From NCBI RefSeq assembly GCF_003918875.1, contig NW_025767168.1:2976001-3040000 (forward strand): a stretch of DNA of 64,000 nucleotides, in the 5' to 3' direction. The notes beneath the pieces are model-generated. The model was not told where the DNA came from. It worked only from the letters and a program-made list of their open reading frames with translations, and ran no database searches. The translations under genes and the position numbers were made by a program. Shown here in pieces: positions 36,222 to 49,304 of this stretch. Position 1 is the stretch's first letter. Each line of letters starts with the position of its first letter. This DNA is from Haliotis rubra. Its lineage: Eukaryota.

Positions 36222-36881
36222 TACTGTAAATCATGAAATTAATGCGTCACGAATCTAATGCGAATGCGAGGGTCTAGTCTAAAATCCCTCCCGAAATTAA
36301 TGTGAGCTCAGGAATCTGTGTCGATGATAAAGTGTGACACCATGAATCTTTGCTGTTCATTTTCTTTTCACACTTATTACCAAATAACCTGAAATTGAAC
36401 TTGTTAAGCAACGAATGGAAATGAGCTGACGATGTTTTGATTATGCTGTCATGTTTGATCACGTGATTGCTTGCTGCTACTTCTCTTATGACAACATGTA
36501 TAAACATAATCTGACTTGAAAGACGCAAGTCATCTACCATAGTACAACAAACAAGTGGCTGGAGAATGTCCAGTCTGGCTGATGTGCTTGAGTGACTTTA
36601 AACAATGACCAGTGATTGATAATTACATGCGGCTTGAGACACCTGAAATGAGGAAGTGACCTGTATTGGTGTAATGTGTAGTGTCAACACTTCCACTAAT
36701 TATGTACATTATTACATAATTTGCAATAAAGACGACAAGAGATTTACGTTTTGTCTTTTATTAGGTTCTCAAAAGTAGACATGGTCAGACTGAAATGCAT
36801 CATCATAATAATGCGTGAAGAGTACAGACGCATTTTTCGCATTAATAAAGTGCTCGCATTAATTTCATGATCTACGTACAG
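36222..36881. mobile_element. TIR MITE (tactgtaaatcatgaaattaatgcg) just upstream of the first PsuG/K coding exon
   Basis: Inverted match cgcattaatttcatgatctac..cagt at about 36856-36881. Confidence 0.55.
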
Positions 36882-39084
36882 TTCATTCTCTTTCCACAGA
36901 GGTTACTTGTCATATCTTCCTTCGAACCTCTGTTCTAATACATGGTGCGAGTGTTCAGGGTTCATGATTGGTTGCAATCAGATTTAGTTGTGCAATCAGC
37001 AACGTTGTTTCAAAAGTGATCATTCGCAAGGCCTCGGTAATTTCTGTAAGCTTCGGGAAAACTAGAACCTCTTCCCCTGCTCGATGCGCAAAACGTTTCT
37101 TCTAGACAGAACTCAGTCATGTAATGGCGGATCAACAGCGTCTCCATCGCCCTCGTTGACAACGGACAAGCTAGCCATTAAATGTCTTGTGTGTCACATC
37201 AACACAAATCCCCTGTAGAGGAGGGATATTTGTGGCCCAACATTTGCTTTTATTAGTCAAGTTGGATCTAAGCCGATGTAAAACGTGTTTTGATTGGATA
37301 GAAAGCAGGGAGATCATTCGTGTTGCGCTTTTTTGCCGCTAGGGGATTTTACGAGTACCGGGAAATATGGCCCTATTAGAACAGAGGTTAGTAGGAAGAT
37401 ATGACAAGTAACCTCTGTGGGAAGAGAATGTGTACAGTACTACTTCATAGCTATCAATTTTCAATGAAAACAATAGACAACAGGTCATGCTGAACAAGAT
37501 GATTGTTTTACAAATTAAAGTATCATTAAAGTGCAAAGCTATACCGTTCATGAAGAATATTGTTCAAGAAGTAAGTTGTTTCAACACTTGCATCTTTAAC
37601 ATTGACTTTAAAAACCACTTCAAAATGTATTTATCATGTCCCAAGATAAAACTAAAACGACTTTTAAAAACTTAAACATTAACTTTCGTTATACATTTAT
37701 ATGAAAATTCAAAAACAATTTCGAAGATGTATTAGAAACTGATTCTTTAAGCTGCAAATTTGCAACCCAATAGTCAATAATTGTAGAAGAGTTAAGAAGG
37801 TAAGAGTTACATGCCCCTTCTCATTGTAATCATTCCCGAAGATGCAACGTGGCGACAAATTAACTGAACTTGACATTGGTTCTGTTATTGCAACATAATT
37901 ATAATAACATAAAACGTTTGTACATTGAACTGTCATAAGTATTTCATGCTCAACAGACACACACGTTAGAACGCAAACATTCACCAGCTGCTACCTTCGA
38001 TGGATCAACTTCCGGAACAGTGAGTCTGTGGGTTCGAAGGGAAACTGACGCTGATTGGCTGTCACGGTCCTCCCCGCTCGATTTAAAGGATAAATATTAT
38101 CTTTCAAAATCCCCCGGGAGTTAGTACATGCTCATGATTCATGTTTGAATGAATCCGCTATAAACATTCTGTCTTCTTTATATCATTTTTATCGATTACA
38201 AGTGGGATGATATGCGTGGTGTTTTAGGCTGGATTTTAATTAGAACTAAAAATAAGATTCGATAGATCAGGGATTATCTACAACAGGGATAATCTACAAC
38301 AGGGATAGCGGTGCCTCGTCATGCTCCAACACGCACAGTGACTTGGTTCGTTCCCAGCGCAACTTCAGCTGCGTTTAACAGAACTTCAGCCAGTGTATTG
38401 TATCAGTCGGAATTTTACAATGAATGAATGAATTAAGAGCAAGAATTACCTGTATGTGAATGAATGAGAGAAATAAAGAAAAAGAACAAAAGAAAGAAAT
38501 ACATATGTGAATGAACGAATGAATAAATGAAACACCACGGCCATCCCTCCCCAAACATGTTAAAGAACGCAAAACTATCGCTAGAATACATGTGTTAACA
38601 TCAGCTGTCCTTTTTTTAAAAAAATCTACTTTGAGACATTTTTTACATTAGTAATTAATTCAGATATCTTATTGCTTGTGTGGAATGGCATGGACATTGA
38701 CAGAATATTAACTGACACTGTCACACACCCCTCAAAACAGAAAGGTTAGAACTATCACAAAACGTTGTAAACACTTTTCCAGTTTTGTCAAATACTAAGA
38801 TAAATAAGAAAGAAAAATGTTTTAGAACTATAACACTCAAGCATCACAAGCATCAGTGGCGGATCAGAACAGATCGGCGATATGTCATATTTTCACACAC
38901 CTCAAATACACCCTAACAATCTTTTTAGTTATAAAACTATCACTATTACTTGCAAACACCTTTCAACTAAAGGCATATTTCCCTTCTAAAAATTAAACGA
39001 ATATGTGAAATAAGTTTTTAGCGATAGAATTTAGTCTTTCTTCGCTGTGTACCGAGAATTGAAGCAAGTGAGCTACACAACATG

Positions 39085-39509
39085 CCCTCCTATATGTTTC
39101 TTTTTATAGTGACAGTGAGACTCCATGGTAGCTACATCCTTAATAGTTTCAGCATGAAAGTTATGAGTTTTCACGCCAGCTATCGTTTATAATGAAGCTA
39201 CGTCTAATTTCAATCTGGGCATTTAAAAAGTGTCCTTTTAATACAATATCGTCGCACACTAATTTGCATAAAGCCATGGTCTGTTCCATTTAAATCGCTT
39301 TGGACTTAGAAAAAAACCGCATTGCTCATTTCTGCACTAATCTCTCCTCAGTAAAGTCCTTTTTCTACGTTTCTTATGTCCCTACCACTGAGACTTGTTT
39401 TAGGTCGAACTTAGTTTAACAGCTATTTCACACTTGCACATATCAACTACATAAATTGTAGAGATAAAAGAGAAAATACAGTTTTATTCTATTTCCGACA
39501 GTACTTTAG
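39085..39509. mobile_element. Truncated copy of the 4208-5305 element
   Basis: Direct, high-identity match to 4884-5305, ending in the same TIR. Confidence 0.75.
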
Positions 39510-41715
39510 TCGCATGACGTGTCAGTTCAATAGACAGTTTGCCTTTTTTTCGATTCTCCCAATCGACAGTTCTTTTCTAAGCTCACTTGAAACAATGTGC
39601 AATGTCTTACCACGGATCTAACCGTTTAATAAGAACCCTTAGCTTAACCCTTAAACAAAACGATTAAACGAGAGATACCAAAATATCCTGCCAGTGTCTT
39701 GTCATTAAGACTCCATTAGCTCCTGGCAGCACAAGCAATCCGGATGATGGTAATTTGATGGCATTGCTTTAAACGCAAATAAAACCAATGGTAAACAAAA
39801 TGTATGCCGCATTAAGTGGATGAAAGGAGATACGTCCACATTGTTCAGAGTGAAATTTTTGTTTTGTTTAGTCGTTTAACGCCTCACTCAGCAATATGCC
39901 TGCTTTTTGGCGACGTCTGTGAATAGTCTAGTTTGTACCGGACAATCCAATGATCAACAGCATGAGCATCGATCTATGTAAATGGAATACAAGGACCTGA
40001 ATCAATCATGTCAGCGAGCTACTTTCACCCCGGTATCCATGGGGGAAATCTAGCAAGGGAAGGCTGCACAATTTACTACCATGTAATCTCCCAGGTATAA
40101 ATACATTACATTCGGAGCTGTTTAATGACCGCCAGTTCTATCTACAGAGGAATTCGGTTTGTTGCGACAGAATTGCGACTGGTCGTAGTTCGAGATTTTA
40201 CGTGCGCAACTTATTGTGATAGATTCCATTGATTGTTTGGACAGCAACCCAAGCCACTGGAAGTGGAGACATGCTGTTGTGCTATTTTCAGGATCGCTCT
40301 ATCTCCTTTATAAAACAATTGACGCAAGTAGGTGGGTGGGTGGGTGGTTGGGTAGTTAGGTTTATTTAATTACTCCAGGTTTGGAGATACACAATTAAAT
40401 GAATATTAAAAGCTTAAATTATTAGCCACAAGTGTTAAAATTTTATGATAGATTAATTAGAGTCTTTAAACAGTGAAACTGGACAAATGGTTTGATTGTA
40501 ACAAATAAACCCATTTAAATTGAAAAGGAGCTCCAGGGAGACAAGAGATTCAGAACCTGGGGAAATCTAATTTGATTCATATATGTCTCTAGCAGTGAAG
40601 GAGGGCAGTAGGGAAAATAATATGGTTCAAGGACTGTGAGACAAACTAGGCTCCAATGTGTAAAGGCCATTCCTGTTGTTCCCCGCCATAACGCCAACAA
40701 GCAGGCGAGCAAGCGGGCGAAAACATAAACACAAATTTGAAAGAAATCTTTGAAAGATGTTTCCACCGATTATTTGATAATACTCCTTACATCACTGAAT
40801 ATGAAGATCGAGTTGCTTTGCTTCGAAAAAGCATTTAAGTAAACGTAGACGAAGAAAGATCACGTTCAACTGTTCTTTTTCATGAGGGAGCAAGTTTAGG
40901 AGTGTCTCTTTTTACATTTCGGAGGCGGCGGGGAAACTTAAGATGAGAAGACTTTTTGATTGTTTTCAGGACGGAATAAAAATTCAGGGCGGAGGGGAGA
41001 TGGGACATAAAAATAGACGGACAACCTGATGTTGCTGTGATATTACGCATGCCAAACATAACATGACTGACACTCGATGCTTGAACAAAGTTCGGGTCAG
41101 CTTGACCCTTCAGAGGATCAATGTTCATGTTAATTCAATGTTAATTGCCTTGACGCACCAGCTGTGTATTTCACAATGAGGTTATAATTTGTACCTCACG
41201 CGAGGAAAAGGCACAGCTACAGCTGGCATAGACCTGCACAAGTCTCTAAGGTAATAATTAATAGTTTAAATGAAAATTTCTGACAAAAATATAAATAACA
41301 GACTTTCGTCCCTATGTACTGTCCGGTTATCTCGACTGTCTCTTTAACGGATATAAGTACTAAACATCCATTGCCTTAGCATTCAGTACAGCCTTGGATT
41401 AAGGCTACGGCTGACAGCTGGGACTGAACCGAACTTTTTTTTTCTTTTTTTTGATATTTTCTTTTATTCATTAACTGAACTTTATTTCAACTCGAGCCAC
41501 AGATAGTAATGCCCTTGAACACTGGTGTATAAATATCAATACTTGGCTTTCTGCAGCTCACATTACTAGTTCATGGAATATCCCCGCTGACAGAGTCAGA
41601 GGGACAGACTAGGTTTATACCTGTCATCGACCTTTTTGCATGAAAAAAAACATTGCTCAGCATAAATGATATGTGCCAAATACACCGCGTTGGAACTTGC
41701 AGTCCCGACTTGATC

Positions 41716-41852
41716 AGTGAGTGAGTGAGTTTGGTTTTACGCAGCTTTGTCGCAGCAACATCACGGCGGGGGACACCAGACACGGGCTTTTCCCAATGTG
41801 GGGAATGAAACCCGGGCCAACGCTTTAACCACTAGGCTATCCCACCATCTCC
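41716..41852 (-). mobile_element. SINE family A, internally deleted
   Basis: Head and tail present; TSD tcccgacttg. Confidence 0.8.
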
Positions 41853-42299
41853 CGACTTGGTCAGATCAAGTCACTAAACTAAATTTACATCTCCTGATGT
41901 AGCGAACTGATGGATAAAGCGAACTGTTTCCCATCATGGATTTTATTAAGAGCAACAACGCGGTTTGAAAATAGTATTTGAAGGACGCATGTACAGCAAG
42001 CATTCAAGTCGTAAGAACAAAGGCTGGTGGAAATGTACAAAGAGGTCCCGTATGTCATCAATTTAATACAATTGGTTACTGTGACTTTTTTCCTTGCCAA
42101 AATTGTGAATTTCTTTCTTGCGACTTTCTTTCCGATCACCGTTTTGGGGGCCCAGCCATATACTGTATATAATAGTCGAAATGCGTGTGAGGACCTGCCG
42201 TTATAAAGAACTGACATTGACATTTCATGAAGTTTTAACGACTTCGATTTTTTTTTAAAATGAGAAAAGGCATTTCCCTGTTAGATTTACTTCCGATTT

Positions 42300-43000
42300 A
42301 TGAAATTCTTTTGGAAAGATTTATCCTCTCTATAACTCAATTAAACACTCAGCTCGTTTTAATTGAAGAGTCTGCCAGAGAATGGATAAATGATTTTTTA
42401 AAAAGAAATCCAATCAAGTGTCTTGGGAAATTGCTTGAGTTCGAATCGTTAGAAGGGGTGGTCGTCTGGGTGACCTACTTTCTCCTTACATATTCATACT
42501 ATATGCGGAAGAACTCGACATTTTGGTTGGTAATAACGCTAACATCAAAGGAATAAACATCGGTACCAAAAATAACTCAGTTTGCAGACGATATTACTTC
42601 CACTGAAGAGGATTAAGGACGTTTTCTACTGGGAGTTTTGTAAGTGTTGACCTTCTTTTTCCGGAATAATAGTAAATAATAGACAGAACGAGTATTAGAT
42701 GGATAGGCATGGAGAAACGTTAAACACTGAAACTGTTTTCTAAAGAGAAAATGAAAGGGAATGAGAGTTCATTTAAGGTGTCCGGGATTACATTTAACTT
42801 TACGTGTAAGCTTATAAAACGGGAGAGATGGATGTCCATCTGATCTTCCCGTAACTTATCATCTCTTGGCGGAAACACTATTCTAAAATCGCGTTAGATT
42901 TCAAATAAACCACCTGTTTTCAGCTTTCTCGCCTAGTATAGTGCGATATTGGACACTAGTAATACACTTATTTGATGTTAAACTATTTAAGCAAGCAGTT
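42300..43000 (+). mobile_element. Decayed L1/Tx1-clade reverse transcriptase remnant
   Basis: GGRLGDLLSPYIFILYAEEL (compare RGCRQGDPLSP) at about 42457-42516 and KITQFADDIT at about 42570-42598. A possible upstream piece (FEKAF) lies near 40822. Many stops. Confidence 0.7.
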
Positions 43001-43776
43001 ATTAGCAGAAAAGCTTTCTTTGTTTTAAGTTTCTAAATTTAACAAGAGGAATTTGGAAATTAGAGTGGCATTAGTCAGACACGAACCTCAAATTGCGCTC
43101 TTTGACGCACTTCAAGCCCTGTGCAGCCGTTAGGGGTTGGATGGTAATCGGACTTGAAGCATTTCCAAGGGAGTCAAGGAGACATAAGGATAGGAGGATT
43201 TATGTCATAGCTTCAACCAGTCACACAATTATTTTGATGCCAGAGAAGTAGTCTATCTCACAGTCCCTGAACAACATTTTCCCCCCACCGCCTTGCCCTC
43301 CCTCCAGTGCCCTAAACGAAGCAAATCTAGATTCCCTCAGGTCTGAATTTGCTATTTGACTGGGGTTCAATTTCAATTTAAATGGGTTTATTTGTTACAA
43401 TCAAAATTATATATACTCATGCCAATAATGGTTGTCACCCCCTTCATTTTTTTTAATTGGAGAGGGTGTGTGGGGTGGGGGCTGTGATGTGGGTGTGGGG
43501 CTGGGGCTGGGGTGGGGGTGACAACCATTGTTGGCATGAGTATATAAGACCAGAGAGAGTCTACCAGGGAAGGTGCAGGCTGTTCGACTGACCCAAAGTC
43601 GAGTGTACACAGCATAATGAAATTTAAGTCGTTTTGAACCAATGCTTTGATCCATGTAAAAATATTTATGTCACACACACTACAAAGTTAGCACAACATG
43701 AGACCTGTTTGACTGAGGCTTATCTGCGTATCCTATTTGTTTAAAGCAACCACGTGAGTAGAATGCACGTAGAAGT

Positions 43777-44134
43777 AGGTGAGGTGAAATTGGGTTTAAC
43801 GTCGTGCTTGAGAATATTTCGCTCATATGACGACGTGCATGCGTGTGTATGTGTATGTGTATGTGCGGTTGCTTGTACTAGCCCAGACTGAAGCTGGTTT
43901 TATAGTGCTAGCCCACTGAGATACCACGCCGCAGTGAAGCATGAATACCCCACTCAGACACATTATACTGACTCCGAGCCGACCAGTCCTTGTTGTACCC
44001 ATTAATGCCGAGCGCCAGGCAGGGACCAACAAGTACAATATTTTAACGTCGTTTGGTATGACGCGGTCGGGGATCGAACCCGCGACCTTCCGCTCTCCGG
44101 GCGGACGCTCTAACCACTACACCACGGAGGCGGT
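43777..44134 (-). mobile_element. SINE family B, full length
   Basis: Near-identical to 14804-15160; TSD cacgtagaagtag. Confidence 0.9.
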
Positions 44135-44691
44135 CACGTAGAAGTAGAGTAATGAATGTTCGCATACAATGCGAATGAGTGTAGTGTAGGTCGAGCGAGT
44201 GAGTGAGTTAAGTTTTACGCCGCACTCAGCAATATTCCAGCTATTGTAGTGTAGGTCAACGGTATTGCAAACATATCTTTTGGGGGAACGGGAAGGCACT
44301 GCGGTTGAATGTGCCACATTGCGCTAGCAGAGTAACGTGCCCGTATTGTGGCACTATTCTATAATCGTTGGTTCGAATCCTCAAATCTACTTTATTAAGA
44401 TCCTTAGTTTGTAGGCACAATGTGCATGCTTGTGGATTTCACCCAGTTGTAATTACGCCTAAGATCTGGAATTTCCTCTCATAGAAAGCGAAATATAACC
44501 GAAGATACTAGACCGATGGTTGGTATCAAAAAGCTATCTACTACGTCAGGGGACGATGATACAATCCATCAGTCAGTACCTCTCATTTGTTGTCGTTAAC
44601 GAAACACATTTGGCACTGGCGATCTATTTGGCTAGAGAATCACCACGAGGGCCTTTTTCAGAGAGAGACATACTGCTTCGGGGCATGAAAC

Positions 44692-44935
44692 GAGTGAGTG
44701 AGTTTAGTTTTACGCCGCACTCAGCAATAGTCCAGCTATATAGCGGCGGTCTATAAATAATCAAGTCTGGACCAGACAATCCAGGGATCAACAGCATGAA
44801 CATCGAACTACGAATTGGGATACGATGACATGTGTTAACCCAGTCAGCGAGCCTGACCACCCGATCCCGTAAGTCGCCTCTTACGACAAGCATAGGTTAC
44901 TGAAGATCAGTTCTAACCCGGACCTTCACGGGTCA
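44692..44935 (-). mobile_element. SINE-like family C: no tRNA head, structured 5' end, shared (actc)n tail
   Basis: 5'-tgacccgtgaaggtccgggttagaa..gtcgtaagaggcgac..ggattgtctggtccagac..gctgagtgcggcgtaaaactaaactcactc. Further copies at 34603-34866(-), 33287-33435(+), 35575-35800(-), 7620-7762(+) and 39865-40020(-). Confidence 0.8.
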
Positions 44936-45485
44936 GGACATGAAATGATTTATTGGAAAATCATATATATGTAGCTTGCGGAAATTCATATATACTTACT
45001 AGTGCATCAGTGAGAGAAAAATCACATTCCATGTGAGTCTGAGGTTTGGGTAATAGCGCAGTTTCAAAGAATGAAAGAAAAAATCCCAAGAAGTCCTTTA
45101 TGCATGTGTCGCAATGTAAATTAGATGACAGTGACAATAGGGTGACACTATCCAGTTGTTTAGGCATTAAAAATGGTGTCAAATCGAGAATTTTCTTGCA
45201 CAGGGAAACGTTTTCATATACAAAGAATGTATTATTTCTTTATCACTGAAAAACAACCAAAGTAAGATTTAGATATTTATTTAAATACGTTAGCCTGACA
45301 CCACAAAGTCGTTATAACGTTAAAGTGGTTTATGATTAAATCCTACAAGATCGTTTACCCCATGATGATGCGTGTACCACATGTCGTTAGACTAAAACCA
45401 TGCTTGTCGGAACAGGCGACTTTCAGGATCTGGTGGTCCGACACGCTGCTCTCAATTGCTTAGACCGTTGTTCATATGTGAATCC

Positions 45486-45652
45486 GGGCGGTGGGGTAGC
45501 CTAGTGGCTAAGGCGCTCGCTCGTGACGCCGAAGGTCCGGATTCGATTCTCATGGACACAACGTGTGAAGCCCATTTCTTGTGTCCCCCGTCGTGATATT
45601 GCTGGAATGTTGCTAAAAGCGGCGTAAAAGTCACTCACTCAAACTCACTCAG
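45486..45652 (+). mobile_element. SINE family A
   Basis: Full length; TSD tcatatgtgaatc. Confidence 0.9.
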
Positions 45653-45927
45653 TCATATGTGAATCATGGATTGTCTGGTTCCGAATGGAACAATTACAAA
45701 TCGTTTCATATAGATGACATACTGCTAAGAGCAGCGGTAAACATCAAACAAACAATCCAGAGGCATCGAACTATATTTTTAATGATATCAAACATGAAAA
45801 TGTGTCATAGGTAGTTGCTTGAATGTTATGCAACCATTCAGTTTAATATTTAAAATGATTGGAAATTCTCAAACGAAATGTTTCCAAATACTCAGTCAAA
45901 TATTGTTTTCCAGAAGATAGTCCTGTT

Positions 45928-47422
45928 TTACTGAGGTTTAGCTGCCCGCCATCCTTTTTCAGCTTCATTTTAAGTCTCTGCCGCAAGTTCCTCATTGATT
46001 GCTTGTAAGCTAAGTTCACATTCTCCGCTGGATCCACCTGATGATCATACAATTCCGCTGTCCTAATACTCCCAAACTTTGGTCTGCGGGAGTTGCGGGT
46101 TTTCCCAACGAACGGCACCCATTCTGTATACCTGTGCCTCTTGGTTCTCAGTGTATACCCCATCAAACCTTTGACTTGACTTGGATACTGGGAAAAAACG
46201 GCGTTCTTCAACTCTTGTTTGGGATTATCAACCAGTGGCAGGAAACTAGTACCTTCAGTACACAGTCGGACCTTTTTAGAATTTGGGGGGCATGTTTTAA
46301 GTTTTGGAATGCCCACAGCATTAACAAGCGTGGGAAACAGGTCTACAAACTCCACCAGCTCCTCTGAGACGATTCCACTGTCGGTCTTCCCTGGAATCCT
46401 AAGCATCATTGGCGCATGAGTCGACAGGTCAAAGTTGGTCTGTTTCTGCCACTCAGCGTGTTCACCCAACTGCCAACCATGGTCCCCCCAGAAAGCGATG
46501 ACAGTATTCTTGGATAAACCTAGTCTATCAAGTTCACTGATAACACGACCAAGTTCGAAGTCTGTTGCGCTGACTGCACTGTAATATGCTTGACGTAGGC
46601 GTCGAGTTAGCATTGGGGAAAGGTGAAATTGAATGATCCAACCTTCTTCAGCTTATAAGCCTTAACGTCCTTAAAATTACCCATGTTCCTGTAACTGTGC
46701 CATGCGATATTAGACATATCAGGCGACGCATAATAATTATCCGGGATCGGAATGTCCTCTAGTGGGTAATATTTCAGAAATCTGTCTGGAAAGGTCCAAG
46801 GCATGTGAGGCTTTCGAAAGCCAACAGCAAGAAAAAATGGTTGCTTACCAGTTTTGGCCTTTTGCGCAGCATCACGTAATACAGCAATAGCCTGATCCGC
46901 TATCAAAGTATCTTGTAGAGGTTGTTTGTCTAACCGTTTTTGACTTACAGCATTCATCAACAGTTTGTCCTTCTTGTATTTATCCGGTGCATCCAAATAA
47001 GGATCCGTCCAGGACTTAGGGTCATTATTATTTGATGCTTTGCCACCATGGTATATTTTTCCGATTCCAATTGTTCTGTATCCATTCTCCTTGAAATACT
47101 GCGGGAGAGTGGTGAAGTTACCTCCTGAGGATCTCCAGTACGTTTTACAGTCGTACACCCGAGTCGTGTCTGGTCGTCTGCTGGTCAGAAGCGATGTCCT
47201 ACTTGGTCCACACAAGGCTTGCTGGACATGTGCTTGTTTCAGAAGCAGACTTCTGCCTGCTAATCTGTCCAAATTAGGGGTGTGCATCTTCGGGCGTACA
47301 ATGCCATCCGCCTGGCCGAAGGCTTCAATGTCCGAACGCATGTCGTCTGCTACCAGAAATAAGACATTTGGTTGTCCTGCTACACACTGGCACAGACATA
47401 CCAAGAATATGAAACGTAACAT
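45928..47422 (-). CDS. Iduronate-2-sulfatase-like secreted sulfatase, single coding exon, two apparent -1 frameshifts
   Basis: Signal peptide MLRFIFLVCLCQCVAG; PNVLFLVADDMR; FGly motif CGPSR; GYRTIGIGKIYH; FFLAVGFRKPHMP; WGDHGWQLGEH; ELYDHQVDPAENVNLA. The ORF breaks at a C4 run (46615-46618) and an A5 run (45955-45959). Adding one base to each gives a continuous ORF ending KKGWRAAKPQ-stop. Confidence 0.85.
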
Positions 47423-49304
47423 TTCTTGAAGCTGTATAACTAAAGTAAGTTCAAGGACGATCGAAAATGTGCGTCGTCCTTCCACCTGAGGCAACAATGA
47501 AATGAAAGAGCCGGAGTGAACTGGACTGGAGTAAAGGTGTGGTGAATCACAGCTTGGATGTCTGTTTACGTCTGTCTGGATCGCCTAGCTGTACATTATC
47601 CTTGGGGGAAATGGGTGCAGGCATGGCGGTTGTGTTAGATCGGGATGTGTAATATATATGACTCACGAAATTTAGTCCACTCAGCACTTTAAACTATAAA
47701 AAAGAAACGAAGTATGTTTACAGACGACCATTGAGTATATTTACAGTGGTCGTGATAGAAATGTAAAACCAATGTACTCGCAAATTTATTAACCGAGTTC
47801 TTTGTGTTTGTCTTATGTTAGTGAAAGTGTGGTAGTGTTATTCATTTGTATAACAGTGTTGTGATTGTTTTACATTGTTTTTGCGTTTAACCCAGATTGT
47901 TACAGAAGATTCCAGAACAGAAACCCCTGGAAGCTCCATACAGCTTTTGTCTCGGTGATGTCACATTGCATCTTACATTACAAAACCAGTAATAGTGCGA
48001 AGATCACTGTCCACCCTGGTTTCCCAGCCTAGGCCTGTTTTAGAGGCTTGACCACAGAGCTTCCCTGAATCAAGTCGCTGAATCACGTATTGCTATTACC
48101 ACTGCTTTTATCTAACATTGTCTATATATTTGTATTGCTATTGAATTTGGTCTACCACTCTATTTTGTACAGCCTTTGAACTCTGTAGTAGTCTGTAGTG
48201 ATTTGTGTAAACTTAGGTATTTTAAGAATACAGATGTTAAGTGAATAACATTTGTATGTTATGTATACACAATGCCTTTTAGAAAGTGGACAAATGTAAC
48301 ATGTTATTTTTAGGACTACACTTTCTCAGTAAAGTACCGATTCTAGTAATCTGTACTTTACTGAGAAAGTGTTGTCCCAAATATTAACATTATATGTTTT
48401 ATTTTTATGTGTTTTGTTGGATTTTGTTACAGATGTTTTTCTGGTTAACTGCACCAGCTAGGTCGAATCCTACCATGATTTCACTAAATTTAAAATGACC
48501 GCTTCTTACCGAGTGAAAAATGTTAAAAACGTGTTTTTCTTTATCTATGATGTATCATCAATGCATGTGCATTGTGAGTACCTGTTATCTAGTGTCTGTT
48601 GCGCTAACCTTAGACAATAGGCGTCAGGGCATGTGCTATATGTAGGATATCGCACAAGTTATGTATACAGGTCTCTATATCACATACGGCATGTAATCCG
48701 AGTATATAGTCAGGTCTTATTTTGAATACAGCATATAATCTCACAGAATATGTGAATTAGCCTTATACCATAAAGTTATCTATACAGGTTTACACAATAT
48801 ATACTGTATATATTGTCATGACAAAATCTGACACGGTATCTATACAAGTCATGTATCATATACAGGGCATATCTATACAAGTCTTATCTGATGTACATGA
48901 CATAGTGCGTCAGATATCCATACAAGTATTATATCATATTCAGGACATATCTGTACACGTCTTGTCTCATGTGTACCAGACATACTCTGACAGATATCTG
49001 TACCAGTCATATATCATAGTCTTATACCACGTACATGAGTAAGTTAATACAATATTACACCGTTTTCAACAATATGTCATTAATTTGATTTTATATTGTA
49101 CCTTCAAAAGGGAATCGAATCCGGACGTTTGGTGTGGCAAACGATCATGTTAACAACATAACTGTTCTTCACCCTTTTTCAGTGGAATGGTATGGTGCTG
49201 ATTTCTAAAAGATTATCATCTTTTTCACCCTTAGCATACGACAACTGAATGTTTAATTTTGTCAAATCCTTTGTCAGAAAGTGGACACAGTGCGGAGACT
49301 TTCT

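Noticed and set aside
36950-37330. Promoter-like motifs (CCAAT, aatggcgg, gttgacaac)
   Set aside because: Plausibly the PsuG/K promoter, but short motifs alone cannot locate it.
46600-46625. Programmed frameshifting in the sulfatase
   Set aside because: There is no canonical slippery heptamer or stimulator, and a second homopolymer -1 in the same gene favours sequencing error.
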